A stretch of DNA of 64,000 nucleotides from NCBI GenBank assembly GCA_051362555.1, contig CM120642.1, positions 13,764,001-13,828,000 of the forward strand. Direction: 5' to 3'. The stretch comes from Lingula anatina. Taxonomy: Eukaryota > Animalia > Brachiopoda. Shown here one piece after another: positions 39,236-51,845 of the stretch; the stretch's first letter is position 1; every line of letters begins with the position of its first letter. The translations under genes and the position numbers were made by a program. The notes beneath the pieces are model-generated. The model saw only the letters and a list, made by a program, of their open reading frames with translations, had not been told where the DNA came from and ran no database searches.

Positions 39236-40539
39236 GTAAGTTACAATAATTATCTAGTTTTCTTTCAACTATTTGATAAGTAAGAGAAATTATCTGAATG
39301 AATAAACCCTGCCAAGCCATCTGAAAACAGTGGTATTCTCAGCATGTTGTTGTTTATTGCTGTGTATTGATTTTTCTAAACATTTGATGGTAACTCACTT
39401 AGATGACCAATATAGATTAAAAGATAATTTGAACAAATATTTTTTATGAGTGAAGTATAATCTAAAAATGTGTATTAAGTGTTTCAAAGTTGGAGGTATG
39501 TCCTCACAGTCCTACAGTTCATTTATTAAAATGTTTATTTGCACTGAAATTGTAGACAATTTACTAAATTTTGCATAAGTATATAACCAATCAAAGGTTC
39601 ATTGGGATTAAATATTAATATTAGACTGAGGGTTCATTGGACCAGAAGGTATTTTGTTTTTAAACATCTTCACTTGTTTTAACTGTTTTTATTTGCTGAA
39701 AATGATACAAAATTGACAGAATCTTACCCCCATTGCCATCCCCCAAATAAATAAACAAATATTTTAATGAAAAAAAAAATTAAAGTAATATAAAAAAGTT
39801 ACTCAAAAACATACTGCTGTATGAGTAGCTGCACAGTTGGAAGAAATTGTTAATGTATAGGTTCATATTTTTCTGATGACTTGCTTCTAAAAGTTAAAAC
39901 TGATCTACCTCTAAACCAGACACAAAAGGGGTTCAGACCACTGAGTCTTTGGACCTTTGAATCAGATTCGGTAACCCAACAAACATTCAGACTGTAGAGC
40001 TCTTGGGCCTCTGACTACTCTCAGACCCCCAAATCACTGGAAATTTAGGCATGTAAACATGGATGCAACTCTTAAACCGAGGTGTGACTTGCTGTCTCCC
40101 TGTTGCTTGATATATTTTTGAAAAATAAATTGTCTTATTTTCTGTAAAAAGTAAATGCATATAAAACTGAAAAAAAGTACTGTACCCCATGCAAGGTTAT
40201 TCCTGGCAGAAATCTGTAAAATTAACTGTAGTAGTTGTTTTTTTTATTTTATTTATTATTATTATTATTTTGTTTTGTTTTTGTTACTTGAAAACTCCAT
40301 TTTGATTCTCCATAAAAAAGAAAAAGAGAAAAAAATATCCACATTTACTGGTGCAGAAAATCCCAAATGAATTTAACATATTGGTCAGCAAAGCTTAATA
40401 TAGTTTAAGCCAGATAATTTTGTGTAAGGCTGTGACTGGCAAAATGTAACCTGTTAATGTGTGATAAATAGCTTGATTTAGTTATGTTTTTCACACTGGA
40501 TTTATATACATACTGTGCATCTCTGTGTTTCTGTCATAG

Positions 40540-40560
40540 TGATGGTCCCTGTGTTAAAAG
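40540..40560 (+). CDS. cac: Candidate 21-nt cassette microexon in I-II linker (VMVPVLK)
   Basis: tgcatctctgtgtttctgtcatag| acceptor, AAG|gtaagg donor, frame-preserving and stop-free in the required phase 1. No homology support. Confidence 0.45.
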
Positions 40561-42168
40561 GTAAGGTTGTTTTTGAAGTGGATCTCAATACAAGTTAACC
40601 CAGTTGATCATAAAACATCGGATGTGCCTAACTACCTCTGCAAATATCTGTATTATTAAGTGATCAGGCTTTAGTCTTCCTTCTGTTTCTAACAGGTCTG
40701 ATAATGACATAGAAATGGAGGCATAATTACTCATTTTGCATTATTGGACTGTTCTTGATAGCCAGTTATTTTTTTCCCTGAAAACCCATTAGAGATTAGA
40801 TTGCATTAGATATGAGACACATTCACCTCCTAGTGCTGTTCTTATAGTGAAAGCTGTTCATTGCAATCGAAATTCAGAGGACATTTGGTGCAAGAGGCAC
40901 TTTGCTTATTTGAAAATAATACCATAAATAAGCCATAAAACCCAGATCAGATGTGAAATTTCTGACTTCTATGTTCTACGATTATGCTTTACTGTCTATA
41001 TGATTATTGGTATTTAAGAAGATAGGGCTGTGCTTAATTGAATGGGTATGGTTTACTATGGAAGTTGGGATGGTATGTGAAAGGGGGAGGGGGGATGTCA
41101 GAGGTTTCCTGGTGAAAAACTTGTGCTAAGATCCACTCTATGTCAGTGAGATATGTGGTAGAAAGTCTGAACTTCAAACCAAACCTGTTTTTTGATGGAT
41201 TGCAGTGTATTGATATTGAAATCTGTGATGACATTTTAGAAATAAATCACAAAATTTGTGTTATGCTTCCACGTTACTAGTGGTTGTAAAATCAGACCTG
41301 ACAATTCAAAAATGCACTGACAATGCTGTCATTAGCTATGGGGTTATGCTTGAAGATTAGAAGTCAAAGCTTCTCCACGCCAACTTTTGCTTCAAGCCAG
41401 TTTCAGCATGGGAGAAGCACCCTGGGTTTCATAGCCTAAAACTGTCCTGTCTATAACAGGCATGTTTCTGAGAAAAGCTTGATGATGGAATATATATGTC
41501 ATTGTCAATGCTTTGGAACTTGGGGTCGGTAGAAATTACAAACACATCATTTACAGTCTGCTTTACCAGTGTAAGCAGCTTGGTTATGATTTGCCCTCTC
41601 ACAGCTGCTGGTCTACGATTTCCTCTCATTCATAAATCCCCTGTCTCTTGATACTTTTAAGCTGTACTGGCTACATAAGCACTGCAAATGTCTTTGTTTT
41701 GTACTTTGTTTAAGAATAATGCCCATTCTCTGGCACAAATGATTCTTATTCAAATTATATTGAATTCATTTTCACTATTTGTTTCTTTTGGGAGATTCTG
41801 AATTAGTTTTAAGCCCTTTCAAAATTCTTTCATGAAATTAATAGTACAACCAACACAGATTAGCCTGATTGCTTAAACTGGTTTGGTAGTATTATATGTT
41901 TATTGTAAATTTCTTATCAAAAAGGTGAACCTGTGAATTAGGGATCATTCCCAATAAAATTCAGCACAATAAAATTGATTCAGCTCAGCACTTGCAATCA
42001 GATTAATGCCTCTTCTTGTTTCCAACTTTCTCATAAAATCACCAGCTTTTTTTTTTCATTTTAAGCTATAATATGTTTGGCCAAATTCAATTATTTTAAG
42101 CATTTGGAGAAGGTGTCTAACAGACAATCAGTTTGTGCCAGAGAGTGAACAAGGCTTTTCATTGTTAT

Positions 42169-42418
42169 GGGTGCATTTACAATAAAACTATTGTACTAGG
42201 TAGTTCGAACTAACACCTCTGGGACTCTTGCTGAATGCAATCAGAATTATAGATAAACACGCCTCCTCCTGTCACTCATTAGAATACAGAAAAGCTTGTA
42301 ATTAAATGTGTATGTTGTTATCAAGAAGAGGCATGTTAAACTGATTGCATTCAGCGAGAGTCCCTGGAGAGTAAGTTCGAACTACCTATAGTAAGATACT
42401 TTTATTGTAAATGCACCC
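42169..42418. mobile_element. 250-bp fold-back MITE with 19-bp perfect TIRs (GGGTGCATTTACAATAAAA)
   Basis: Terminal and inner inverted repeats (TAGTTCGAACT; GGGACTCTTGCTGAATGCAATCAG); loop shared with 25413-26076. Confidence 0.85.
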
Positions 42419-44185
42419 TTGCAAACTATCCACAAATTACACCATCATCACTGGAGTAATTTATGCTTAATTGGCCAATGGCAGCAGTGCTTTCACTTCT
42501 TACAATCATCGTTAGCAATTACCAAAAGAAAAGAAACTAACTCTCTTAGTATATATTTACCTCAAGTAATACATCTCGACAACTATTATTTGCATACTAA
42601 AAAGAAGATTGCTGGAAAGGGTAAAATGGGTTACAGACCTTAGCATATCATTGTCAGGGTAAGGTGGGCAAATATGTGAGAAATAGATATGCAGCACTAT
42701 TTATCTTCGCATGAAACAAAGTAATTTTATGCCTTTTGGTCAAGATTTTCATTGCATTTCCTGAATTTGATTATATGATGGGAAAACAATTTTATCAAGG
42801 TCATATAAACAATTTCTAATTGCATTTAGTTATCGAGATGTTGGCTTGATATGTATAACTCATTAATAACAGGCAGTGTTTTTTTTGTCATACCATATGA
42901 AAAAGTAACATTAAAAAAATGGTTACCTTTTATAGTTAGAGCCAAGTCATGTAACCCCTCTCTGTTTAATTTATGTGGACAATAAAGCTAACAGTATTCC
43001 TAGATGGTCCAGTGATTTTAGTTTTGGAGTAAATAATGTTAGGTTACATATTGTTTCAACTTACTACTTATCATATATTGTATTTTGTGTAGAATTAAAA
43101 TAGCAATACTTTTATTATTGTAGCTAGTATAATAACCCAAAAGTTGGTAGTTCAGTAGGCATTTGATTCATGTACTGATCTGAAAATGTATTATTAACAT
43201 AGCATTGAGATTATTGTTATTTTATGAAAGCAGTAGAACATTTTTTTACATTTCACAGTTCCAGTTGTAACTTGTTATGAATTGTATTGACTTAAGATTT
43301 AAGTACAAAACTACAAAGGCTGGTGAGATTGACACTAAGCCAAGGATATATTTTTTCTGTGCAAAAATGATACACAGTAGAACACGTACAGCAATGCAAG
43401 ACCATTGTTATAAGTTTCTTCGTGATAAAAATCTTCAATATTGAATAATTAATTATCTAAAATATTTTTAAATATTAAAATATAGTTGCTTGAAGTCTGA
43501 AGGAAAATGTGTTCAGTCATCACTCCAGGCCCACAGAGTTCTTTATTTTGGAGATGACATATGAAAAGATTTCACACCTTTCTAATTGGATTTAATAACA
43601 TACAGGTCACTATTATGCATTTGTTACTAAAAGAGAGGGAAATGTTTTCATTTCTTCATAGAAGCAGTGTGTTTCAAGGGATATAATTGTTTTACTGCAT
43701 AGTTTCAGCTGTATTTTGGGGTACTGATAGTATGTTCTTTCTTATTAAAGATAAGTATTAGTCAGTGAAGGGGGCATATGAATCACCTGGGAAAAACATG
43801 CAATGCCTATCATGATCATTATGCAAGAGCTTGTAGCTTTTGGCTTTCACACATATTAATTCAGAAATGGGATCCATTGGGTGATACAAAATGGAACATG
43901 TACATGTACCATGGTGAAGCTATTGCACATTTTTTTTACCTGGACTTGGTAATTTTTCATCATTATCTATTTCTCTTAGGTGACGGCTTTTACTACTAAG
44001 GGTTGATGAATGTTCAAAAAAAAAATTGTTATAATTTTTCATCCAGTTCAATCAAGTGTGTTATGACTTTTTTTACTTCATCATGTGCAGGGCATGTGAT
44101 TCAAGATAATCATTTTGTTTATAAAATTTTTAAAAAATTGTGCATTACAAGATCGTTTAAGTCTTTCTTAAATGTATCTTTATAG

Positions 44186-44273
44186 GGAACCCATTTAGTC
44201 CAAATGCATTTGGTTTAAAGCCTAGGAAAAGGAGGAACACCTGTCCTTGTTGGAGAACAGAGCGTAAATTTAG
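44186..44273 (+). CDS. cac: Cav2 exon 11 (GNPFSPNAFGLKPRKRRNTCPCWRTERKFR)
   Basis: ctttatag| acceptor, AG|gttagt donor, 88 nt, phase 1 to 2; WRxE+xFR pre-IIS1 motif. Confidence 0.88.
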
Positions 44274-44511
44274 GTTAGTATTTAATGAAATACAAAAAAG
44301 CCTTTGCTTTTTGTCATTAATTTTACATTCTGAATATTTAAAAGCTTTTTGCTTTGTAATATAATATTTGAACTTTGATTGGCATTGACTAAGAAATATG
44401 AAAAATATTGCTAAGGGAGCACATCCGTAGTATATCACTTTTAATTTTAATTATCAATGTTAAATGGATGCTATGGAAGACATGTTTTTAATAGATTCAA
44501 ATTTCTTTCAG

Positions 44512-44639
44512 ATTTTTTATACGACATGCAGTGAAAAGCCAAGCATTTTACTGGGGAGTGATAGTTCTTGTTTTTCTTAATACTGTGTGTGTAGCAGTGG
44601 AACACTATGGTCAGCCAGCTTGGCTGGATGCCTTTTTAT
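44512..44639 (+). CDS. cac: Cav2 exon 12 (IIS1: [42 protein letters not shown])
   Basis: ttctttcag| acceptor, T|gtgagt donor, 128 nt. Confidence 0.95.
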
Positions 44640-44695
44640 GTGAGTATTACAGAATCCTTTATATAACTTGGACAGTGGAAAATAGAAACCATTGC

Positions 44696-44700
<5 letters not shown>

Positions 44701-44763
<63 letters not shown>
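44701..44763. repeat. (TG)n microsatellite
   Basis: Direct reading. Confidence 0.95.
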
Positions 44764-44766
<3 letters not shown>

Positions 44767-45553
44767 GGGGAGTCTGGCCAAACTTTGCATTCTTTGCATT
44801 GCATCCAAGCTATAAACATGTTCTCATGAGAAAGACAGCAAGAACATGCAAGTGATCCTTTTTACCTCTTTTTTATTTTTTCAACATGAATGGATTGAGT
44901 GAAACTGACTTAATTCAGCCAATCAGACACAAATTTGTCTGTACTTATGGCAGATTTTCAACCAAAATTGTCAGGATTACTTCACATTTCTCTCCATACC
45001 ATACACAACCCTGCTGATCAATAAGTTCATGGGTCAATGCATTCTGTGCCTTGTCTCTGACATATTGAAGCTATCTCCAGAGACAACACTGTTATAAGCT
45101 TTGTGCAATTTTCCATGGAGAATATGTTAAACCCATACAGAAAGCAATATTGCAAATAACAATTTCATGATGAACTGTTGTATGGAGATATTCCATGGTT
45201 GACATCATATGAAGTCATATTTCCCCGAACAAATGTTGTTTGACATTTAAAGTGACTAAGTTTCTTTAAATCAGCATCCTTTTGAATATGATTGTATAAG
45301 CCCTGCAATATTATCATAAGAAATCAATGATTCAAAGTTTTGGACATAAATAAATGAAAAATTTTGCTTAACACTGTGCATTAAAAAGCATATTGGGTGG
45401 TGAGACATTTTACCAGATGACTTGTGTAACCGGAAGCAGACCTACATTTTGCAGACTTGGTTTATGAAATGGGATTACGTAATGTGTTATCTCCAAACTT
45501 TGTATTAAAATTAGAGTAAGTAACATCTTCATTTTTGATTTTGATATTTTCAG

Positions 45554-45666
45554 ATGGAGCAGAGTATGCCTTCCTTGGTTGCTTTTGTTTGGAAATGTTT
45601 ATCAAGCTATATGGACTAGGCTTCAGGATGTATTTCAAGTCTTCTTTCAACATTTTTGACTGTGTG
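45554..45666 (+). CDS. cac: Cav2 exon 13 (IIS2-S3: [38 protein letters not shown])
   Basis: ttttcag| acceptor, GTG|gtaagg donor, 113 nt. Confidence 0.95.
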
Positions 45667-45934
45667 GTAAGGCCAACTGCCATGTGATTTAGTAGCACAT
45701 TAAGATAGTTTAAAAACATTTTGTTCATATAGAACGTATAGAATTATTTGTAAGTATGCAAAACTGCATGTTAAAATAGACAGCTGTTTTTTTTTTTTTA
45801 ATTTTGTGAACAGCATTAACATGATATCCTGCCAACTTTTTTTATTATGATACAAAATATAAGTATAATAAATGAAAGTAGTGTAGCATACTTTAGGAGT
45901 AAATAGACATCATTTATAATTGATAACTTTTCAG

Positions 45935-46044
45935 GTAATTGTTGGAAGTATTTTTGAAGTGATCTACACACAGTTTACCAAGGACTCATTTGGCTTTAGT
46001 GTACTCCGAGCATTGAGATTACTAAGGATATTTAAAGTCACACG
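45935..46044 (+). CDS. cac: Cav2 exon 14 (IIS3-S4: [37 protein letters not shown])
   Basis: ttttcag| acceptor, CG|gtatgt donor, 110 nt. Confidence 0.95.
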
Positions 46045-46395
46045 GTATGTGTTTCATTTTTAATGATGTGAATTAAAGTAGGAAAAGTGGGTAGTGCTCA
46101 TCATTAGAACATTTTTATTCAATTTATATTGGTGGACATTCAATAAAATGCTATTTACTTGCCTAATATATGTAAAAGTTTAATTTAAGATTTTTTGTCC
46201 TTCATCATTTTTATCATTATTGAAGAATATCCATAATTAGGCCTAGGGTCCCTCACTTTTCTTTTCCTGTTCTGGAAATGTATTCAACCACATAAAATTG
46301 TATACCTGTTTTAAGTTTGCATTCAATTAAAAAGCAAAATGATTGAATATCAATTTTGTTTTCAAATGTTAAATAATTTACAACGTGTGTTCCAG

Positions 46396-46527
46396 ATATT
46401 GGTCCTCCTTGCGAAACTTGGTGATATCTTTACTCAGCAGTATGCGTTCCATTGTCAGTCTGCTGTTCCTGCTCTTCTTGTTCATTGTCATCTTTGCCTT
46501 ACTGGGGATGCAGCTCTTTGGAGGAGA
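46396..46527 (+). CDS. cac: Cav2 exon 15 (IIS5: [43 protein letters not shown])
   Basis: ttccag| acceptor, GA|gtaagt donor, 132 nt, ends phase 2. Confidence 0.96.
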
Positions 46528-47696
46528 GTAAGTATTTAGCTAGGGGTTGGCTGTGGGAGATGATGGAAGGAGGATAAGGGGGCAACCTTTGACATATATA
46601 TAGATAATCTATATTCTGTAGAATCAATTTTAAGTTTTTTTGAAAAAGAATCGATTCAAAGTTGTTGAAATGTAACTTACCAACTTGCCTCCTTGCTATT
46701 TTTAATAAAAAGTGGGGGAAAGGGCATTGAATACTTTGGAAATGTATTTAATAATGAAAATGATGTTGCAGTCACTTTTTGAGGTAAGATTAGTCATTAT
46801 GGGTTATTTTCTGACCAGAAGTGAAACAGGGTATCTGATATACATATAAGTTACATAACTGTCAGTTATTTCAGAAGTTTTACACACATATATTTTTATT
46901 ATTGCAAAAGTGTAGTAAATGATTAATACATCTTGATGTGGTGATATAATCTTTTAAAGATGAACAGCGTAAAAAGGTAATATAATATATATTTTGATAA
47001 AATTTCATGGATAATCTATTATAAGTAAAATTGAAAAGTAAACATGCATATTTACCTGTCAAAGGTGAGTTAATTTACATATTTCTTTGGCTGATCCTTT
47101 GATTGACATATTTGAGGAACAGAAAATTACGTAGGTGTTCATAACTAAAATGATTGTAAATTGTTCCTAGAAAAACATCTTGTCATGAATTCAAGGGCAA
47201 CTTTTTAAGTCTTGCCAGTTCAAGAGAATCTAACTATCAAACCAGAAATCTTCAGCTATAATATCTTATTATTTATGAATATGGAAAGCCTCCCTGTTTG
47301 TTATGTTCCTCAGATATGCAAAGAAAAAGGAAAACGCTTCAGGGTCAGTTAGTAAAGGATAATACTTCAGTTGGAGACATTGCCTGTAGCTGTAACATTT
47401 GACCAACTAGGTATAACATTTTCACCTTGGTATGAGGGTTTTACACCTTGGCTCCAATTTGTGATATACCAACACAGAAGATATAGGGAATATATTTTAA
47501 AAATATGTTTTTGAAAACCTCTCATGAAAAATTATTATATTGAGGCTTGGTTGTTAAAGTACCAAAGATAAATAACAAAGTTTGTATATTAATTTGTAAA
47601 CATATATATAGAAGTTTATCTTCTGAGTTGGATGTATTACATTATAAAACTGCATACATTAATATTCCATCATTTCTGCTATTTTTCCGCCTGTAG

Positions 47697-47769
47697 AATG
47701 AACTTCGAGGAAGGACGGCCTCCAATGCACTTTGATACTTTTTTCATGGCAGTTATGTCCGTGTTCCAG
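47697..47769 (+). CDS. cac: Cav2 alternative exon 16a (domain II turret/P1 helix: MNFEEGRPPMHFDTFFMAVMSVFQ)
   Basis: tttttccgcctgtag| acceptor, CAG|gtagag donor, 73 nt, phase 2 to 0. Confidence 0.9.
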
Positions 47770-48593
47770 GTAGAGATAGTTGCCTCGCACATTGCACCTC
47801 ATATCTTCCATATATAGAAGTGATTTAGTTCCAGTTAGTACCATATATGGTGACAATGACCATACTTGGAAATGGCATTGAAACCACATGTGCAAAACCT
47901 AATATAAGCCACCAACAAGTTTTCCTTAAATGAGAAGCATTTTATGTAACTTGTCTTTTTGAAACCATTATGACATATAAAGAAATGTTAATTAATATCC
48001 GCAAATTACATTTTCAAGTCGTTTAAAATGTCAAAAGGCCTCCAGCAAAGAAATTTTTGTCAATTGCTATTATATTTGAAAAACTAAATGTTTGAAACAC
48101 CTTTTATCTTGACTGAAAAAGAATTGTTTTAAATTTGTGATATTTTTGTAAAAAATTTAGTATCATTGTCATATTTGATAAACAAAAAGATACAGACTTG
48201 ACATACAAAACTGCTTCTTGTTATAATTAGTTTTAGAATGCACTAATTTTGGGATATGATGAAGCAGATATTTTGGTATCAACTAATTCAAACAAAATTG
48301 AACATATCATTCTCAACTAATTTTGTCACAAATCTTATTTAAAATTGTTTGGAATAAAAAAGTCTGAAATATCCAAAATGCTGCTTGGTCATATTTTTGT
48401 GGTGGAAGTGTGATGGGTCACTAATATGATATTTCTTTCTTAGTTCAGTTTTATTTATAGTTTTGTTTAAAATTCAGGGTGTCTCTCGGTTTGCGTGCCT
48501 CCGTTTGGTTTTGATATGTTGGTGATGTTTTTAACTACCATTATTGTCAATATTGTTATCTTTTTTCATTTTTATTTATCTTTCGTCCTGCAG

Positions 48594-48669
48594 ATGGAAT
48601 GATCTTCCAGACGGCCGGCCTCAACTTAATTTTGATACTTTCCCCATTGCCTTGTTGACAGTATTTCAG
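48594..48669 (+). CDS. cac: Cav2 alternative exon 16b (domain II turret/P1 helix: WNDLPDGRPQLNFDTFPIALLTVFQ)
   Basis: Long pyrimidine tract plus ctgcag| acceptor, CAG|gtacac donor, 76 nt, phase 2 to 0. Confidence 0.92.
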
Positions 48670-49957
48670 GTACACATCTGATGAAATTTGACAGGAACTA
48701 AATTGTAACATAATTATGCCTTTATGAAACAAAGTCAAGGTCATGTGGGAGATGGTGTTATTTGTAAAAGTGTTTTATTTTCACAGTTTATGATACATAA
48801 AACCAAATTTTTTTGTATTGAAAATAGTTCTCACCCTTAATATTATTCCAACATACTTACAAATTTGAAAATGTATGGCAAACTAGATTAAGGTTTTTCT
48901 TATAGCCATTCTATACAAAACAGAAATATGCACAAAAGAAGTAAAAATAAATGTGCACCATGCTCTTAGGTTCCAATCCTAAATCAAAGATTTAGCTGTT
49001 TTGATTAAATATTTTTGCTACTACAGAAGAATAGATATATGTCAATATCACTCCACTGTGTCCACGGGCCTTTTTCACATGAAGTATTTTCTGGGTGATA
49101 CAGTTGTAAAGGTTACCATATGTTTTGAGAAATTGAGAACTAAATTTATAAAAACATTGGTTATTACATAAAATTCACCTAAATAGAGCCACTTTTCACT
49201 GCAAATTACAGCAGGTAGCAAACTCGTATAGAATTTGTGAAAGGGAGTAAAGTCCCCTGTAATGTAAATGCATGGTAAACCTCTCAAATTGTACTTAAAC
49301 AGCTGTATTACGAAGACATAATGCTAGATGTGAAAAGGCTTTTGTTTAAACATCTGTGTTTAGATTTTTAACTATAGAAATTGAATATCATTGTATAATC
49401 TAGTATGAACAGTAAGTAAATTCTGGTGAAAGGCAACTTGAACAAATTCAAACAAAATAAAACAACAGCACTGAATATAAAGTACTGGATACACTTGCTG
49501 TAAAATGGAAAAAACATTTTTTTTGGCCTTTTGGCTATATATTTGATTAAATTAATTTGGTTTAGGATCATTCTGAATGAGCATGGTTCATGATCAAAAT
49601 GCCCCCCCCCCTCATCCAAGACACCATCTTCCATCTTGATCTTAACACCTCAGTGGGTAAAAACTACTGTTACCATGGAAAACATACAATCGATGTCCAA
49701 CGATGTGTGTCTGCATTGCTTATCCTCAGTGTACCACTGTAGTAACAAATTTAACTTGTTTCTGTTCCCCTCTCAGTTTCCATAAAAACCAATACATATA
49801 TGTGCCCTTCATGTCTACTGGTTACTTTAGTCTTTTGTTATTAATTATTACTGTTACAGAAAAACATGAATACAGTTATCGATGTGAAAATTTTGGAGCG
49901 TCATGGTCACTTACATCTGCTCTTGAAATACTATAGCTATCTGACTATGACGTCAAA

Positions 49958-50153
49958 GGACTCATTTCACAAAAGAACTCAATAATTTCACCATTCAGAG
50001 AGTGAAACTATAATTTATGCATGGAATATAGTTATTTTGGTAAAATTCTCTTCTCACTTATCATACAGTCATATATTTCTTATAAGACTAAAAGGTTTAG
50101 CCTTTGAAGGTTAGACAGACTTTTGTCTTGTAGTTCTTTTGTGAAGTAGTTCC
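49958..50153. mobile_element. Degenerate Tourist/Harbinger-like MITE
   Basis: GGACTCATTTCACAAAAGAACT ... AGTTCTTTTGTGAAGTAGTTCC imperfect TIRs; same terminus type at 58197 and 58466. Confidence 0.55.
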
Positions 50154-50339
50154 TGTTTCTGTACTCCAAAGGCATGCAGCCTTTTGACCTTAATGGCAAA
50201 ATCTTTTGTTCTATTTGATGGTGTAGTGAAGGACTGATTGAGACCTGATGATTTTTGGCCCTGACTTGGGCCTTACTGGTCCTTTCTCAAATCCCTTGTT
50301 CTTTATATTCATGTCTGCTTTGTAAATATGTCATACTTT

Positions 50340-50398
<59 letters not shown>

Positions 50399-51445
50399 AA
50401 TGGTAATTTACTTCTCCTCATCCAGGTGTCCTTATGTTTTCAATCGAAAACAGGAATTTCTCATCTGAAAAGCTTTGTCATTCAGTTTCTATCAGCTGGT
50501 GTGTAATTATTGATTTTTATCCAAAATCCCTGTTTATAGTTGGTTTCATAGTTTCACATTAGATTGGCATAAGATTGGGAATAACTGCTGGCATGTGTCT
50601 GATGATAGTTTACATAGAGTGAAGTACTCTTGGGAATTGTATAATATCAGGCTTCAATTCACTGATTTGAGAGAAATGAATTTATGGACAAATCAATAGA
50701 TGTATGGCCCAAATGATTCCCTGTACTTTTTTTTGAATAACCAGGAGGAGGATGCGTGCAGCCTTTCTGCATTGTATATAAGAATGGCCATATTCATGTG
50801 CACACTGTTTTCATTCAATCAGCCTTATGGGTTGGCTTTAATTTGGATAATTTCCAACAGGCTGAGCATAATGAAACAGGTAGATCTCCCATGTATCAAA
50901 ATATACATCTGGTAATTAGCTCATTGGGTAAATATACATTTTTTTACCCTCCTGGCTTGCAGAGACATTTTCTTTACTGTTTATGTTATATGTTCATCCT
51001 TCTTACCAATATCAGTTTCTGCAAATGCTTCATTGTTTTTGTTATTTTTGCATGATTGTATGTCAGTCTCTGAATATATACACATAAATGTGCTGGCATT
51101 ATGTTGGATGCAGACACTATATAGTGCATGTTTTATGAAGATTGTTCACTGGATGATTATGTAGACTAGTTATAAACTGGGATTGCTTGGACAGTTTGTT
51201 TCTATTTTTATAGAATTCAATAATAATAAATTTAAAAAATATATATGTCAATTTAATATTTTAAGTGTGTTTTTTTGGATTCATTGAGAACTTGTATTTG
51301 AATGTTGTTTGTATATTAAACAATCATCAAACGAGGCAATTCACTTATTAATGATAATAAATGTACACTGTACGTTTTTGATTTTTATTTGGAATATTTA
51401 TCCTTAATGGCAGTACTTGTAGTGGTAAGATATTATTTCTTTCAG

Positions 51446-51566
51446 ATCCTCACTGGAGAGGACTGGAATGTGTTGATGTACAATGGAATTGTCTCCAGAG
51501 GTGGAGTCAAAGGGGGTGGCTTATGGTACTGCTCATATTTCATTGTTTTGGTGCTATTTGGTAACT
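51446..51566 (+). CDS. cac: Cav2 exon 17 (domain II filter and IIS6: [40 protein letters not shown])
   Basis: ttctttcag| acceptor; ends T|GTATCCTT (U12 donor); 121 nt. Confidence 0.96.
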
Positions 51567-51744
51567 GTATCCTTACTTGCTCAATGGTGAAATAGTTTCA
51601 GATATCAAATATTCATTCTAGTACCTGTAAATGACAAAAATTATTATTTTTGAGAATATGTATAATATTCACTAAGATAAATTTATCAGAATATTAGTTT
51701 TATATTTTGTGCTCTTGTCCTCTTTCCTTAACTGAATCCTTCAG
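51567..51744 (+). other. U12-type GT-AG intron, 178 nt
   Basis: 5' GTATCCTTAC; branch TTTCCTTAAC 12 nt upstream of the junction. Removal restores FGNY-TLLN. Confidence 0.93.
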
Positions 51745-51845
51745 ATACTCTATTAAATGTCTTCTTGGCTATCGCCGTTGACAACCTGGCAAATGCTCAA
51801 GAGCTCACAGCTGCTGAGGAGGAGGAAGAAGATGAAGGAGCAAAG
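51745..51845 (+). CDS. cac: Cav2 exon 18 ([34 protein letters not shown])
   Basis: U12 branch TTTCCTTAAC (51723-51732) plus cag| acceptor; AAG|gtatgt donor; 101 nt. Confidence 0.95.

Noticed and set aside
43980-44000. Strong-looking acceptor (tttctcttag|GT GAC GGC TTT TAC TAC TAA) upstream of exon 11
   Set aside because: Immediate in-frame stop and no good donor; cannot be supported as an exon without RNA data.
50823-50879. Possible third domain II turret exon (NLDNFQQA...CAG|gtagat)
   Set aside because: In the required phase the frame hits TAA, and the spacing to the donor is 2 nt short. At best a decayed copy, more likely chance.
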